Positions 62,602-64,000 of a stretch of DNA of 64,000 nucleotides are shown here, in pieces; position 1 is the stretch's first letter; every line of letters begins with the position of its first letter. The notes under the pieces are model-generated. The model was not told the origin of the DNA. It searched no databases and saw nothing but the letters and a program-made list of their open reading frames with translations. Position numbers and translations under genes: made by a program. The stretch is from Clostridiaceae bacterium (GTDB lineage Bacteria > Bacillota > Clostridia > DUPQ01): positions 45,168 through 109,167 of the forward strand of contig JAAYBX010000025.1 in the NCBI GenBank assembly GCA_012729955.1. The letters are read 5' to 3'.

Positions 62602-63954
62602 TCAGTCCACAAGGACATTTATCCATTTCCTGCTCTTGAAACGTAAAGAGCATAATATAAGTTTAGTTATTTCCTCAAGATTTACAAGTGCTATACAGTA
62701 ATATATTGGCCATTTCAATACAACAGCAGATAAAAAAGCAAGTGGGACTCCTATTAGCCATACTGAGCCGGTCTCTATCATCATGTTAAATTTCGTATCA
62801 CCGCCTCCTCTTAAAATCCCTACTATAAATAAAAAATTCATGCATTTTACTGGCAGGTAAGCTGCAAGGATGAGTATTGTGTAGAGTGTCGCTTCATTTC
62901 CTGCTACAGAAAAGTTTAGAAACTTCATAATCCAACTGCCGGAAAATGCAAAAAGCACAGAAAAAGGTACAGATAGTATAATCTGGTAAAAAATGATTTT
63001 ACGGCTGTATTTCCATGCTTTATCTATCTGCTTCTCTCCAAGCAGATTACCCACCATTACACCTGCACCATTTCCAAGCCCTATAAATAACGAAATGTAT
63101 ATGTCAAGTGCGGTCATGGATACCTGTGCTGCAGCAACAGAAGCAGAATTCAAACTTCCATATGCAATGAAGTACACTGATGTTCCAATTGCCCATAACC
63201 CCTCTTGAAGCACTACTGGCAGACTTCTTTTCATTACTGTTATTAACAAAGAAAAGTTGTATGAGAAGTATGTTTTGATGGTTCCTTTTAAAGGGCAGTC
63301 TTTGTGAGAAAATACAAAAATGATGACCATGGTTAATTCGATGAATCTTGCTGCAACAGTAGCTATTGCTGCTCCCTTGACACCAAGCGCAGGCAATCCC
63401 AGTTTCCCAAAAATAAGGACATAATTTAAAAGTCCGTTGAATATAACAGCCACCATACTTGTCATCATAGGTATTTTTGTCATCCTTACACTTCTAAGAT
63501 TTATCTGAAAAACCATAGATAAAGAAGTAGGTATAAAGGATAGCACAGCAATTTTCAGGTAATCCGTACCCATCTGGACCACTCGCTCATCTTTTATGAA
63601 TATTCTTACCGTGTCATCAGGGAAAAAAGATATTAAAGCTGTAAGTATAACAGCGAAACTGACACCAATACTAAAACCGATACCCATCATGGAGTGGATT
63701 TTCCCGATTTCTTTACTTCCAAAATACTGTGATGAGAATATACCTATTCCACTTACAAGCCCGAAAAGAAGCATTATGAATATGAAGTATGATCTGTTCG
63801 CCATGCTTACTGCAGTTAAAGCATCCTCTGACAGACTGCCTACCATAAAATTGTCCAGCAGATTTACTCCGTTGGATAAAAGGTTCTGTATTGCTATGGG
63901 CAAACCCACTGATATGAGTAGTTTCAGGATTCTCCTGTTCTCGCTTTTGCTCAT
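62602..63954 (-). CDS. MATE family efflux transporter
   Basis: 450 aa, 12 TM, duplicated MatE repeats. Confidence 0.8.
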   Translation of the reverse strand: MSKSENRRILKLLISVGLPIAIQNLLSNGVNLLDNFMVGSLSEDALTAVSMANRSYFIFIMLLFGLVSGIGIFSSQYFGSKEIGKIHSMMGIGFSIGVSFAVILTALISFFPDDTVRIFIKDERVVQMGTDYLKIAVLSFIPTSLSMVFQINLRSVRMTKIPMMTSMVAVIFNGLLNYVLIFGKLGLPALGVKGAAIATVAARFIELTMVIIFVFSHKDCPLKGTIKTYFSYNFSLLITVMKRSLPVVLQEGLWAIGTSVYFIAYGSLNSASVAAAQVSMTALDIYISLFIGLGNGAGVMVGNLLGEKQIDKAWKYSRKIIFYQIILSVPFSVLFAFSGSWIMKFLNFSVAGNEATLYTILILAAYLPVKCMNFLFIVGILRGGGDTKFNMMIETGSVWLIGVPLAFLSAVVLKWPIYYCIALVNLEEITKLILCSLRFKSRKWINVLVD

Positions 63955-64000
63955 AAAGGATATTATACATATATTTACTTAATAAATACATTTAAAATTT

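Overview
This window looks like a near-origin, leading-strand segment of a low-GC, spore-forming Firmicutes (Clostridia-type) chromosome. Almost every gene lies on the + strand, and rplI-dnaB is present.

Most of the content is conserved housekeeping in Bacillus-like synteny. One block runs asp23-amaP-nusB-xseA-xseB-ispA-dxs-tlyA. A complete A/V-type ATPase operon (ntpG-I-K-E-C-F-A-B-D) follows a tRNA-Trp gene. Further on come queA-tgt-yajC, rplI-dnaB-tilS-hpt-ftsH, a SAM-I riboswitch driving metK, punA-ahcY, a T-box leader driving alaS, a HIT gene, rpsU (missed by the ORF track) and uvrB. A mannoside-catabolism block (two Gfo/Idh/MocA oxidoreductases plus a GH38 alpha-mannosidase) is followed by a Cof hydrolase and a MATE exporter on the minus strand.

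Two accessory loci are the best candidates for novelty. The first is a complete Tad/Flp type IVb pilus locus (39.4-45.3 kb). It opens with an unusual fusion of a Hanks-type pseudokinase domain to a degenerate ParA-like (TadZ/CpaE) domain, is preceded by a ComF-family gene, and appears inserted between the SAM-cycle genes metK and punA-ahcY. The second is a three-gene operon (2.8-5.5 kb): an MtaA-like URO-D-family methyltransferase with a C-terminal thioredoxin-like domain, a stand-alone thioredoxin-like paralog, and a COG0523 (CobW-family) metallochaperone GTPase.

No CRISPR array, IS element or rRNA gene was seen.
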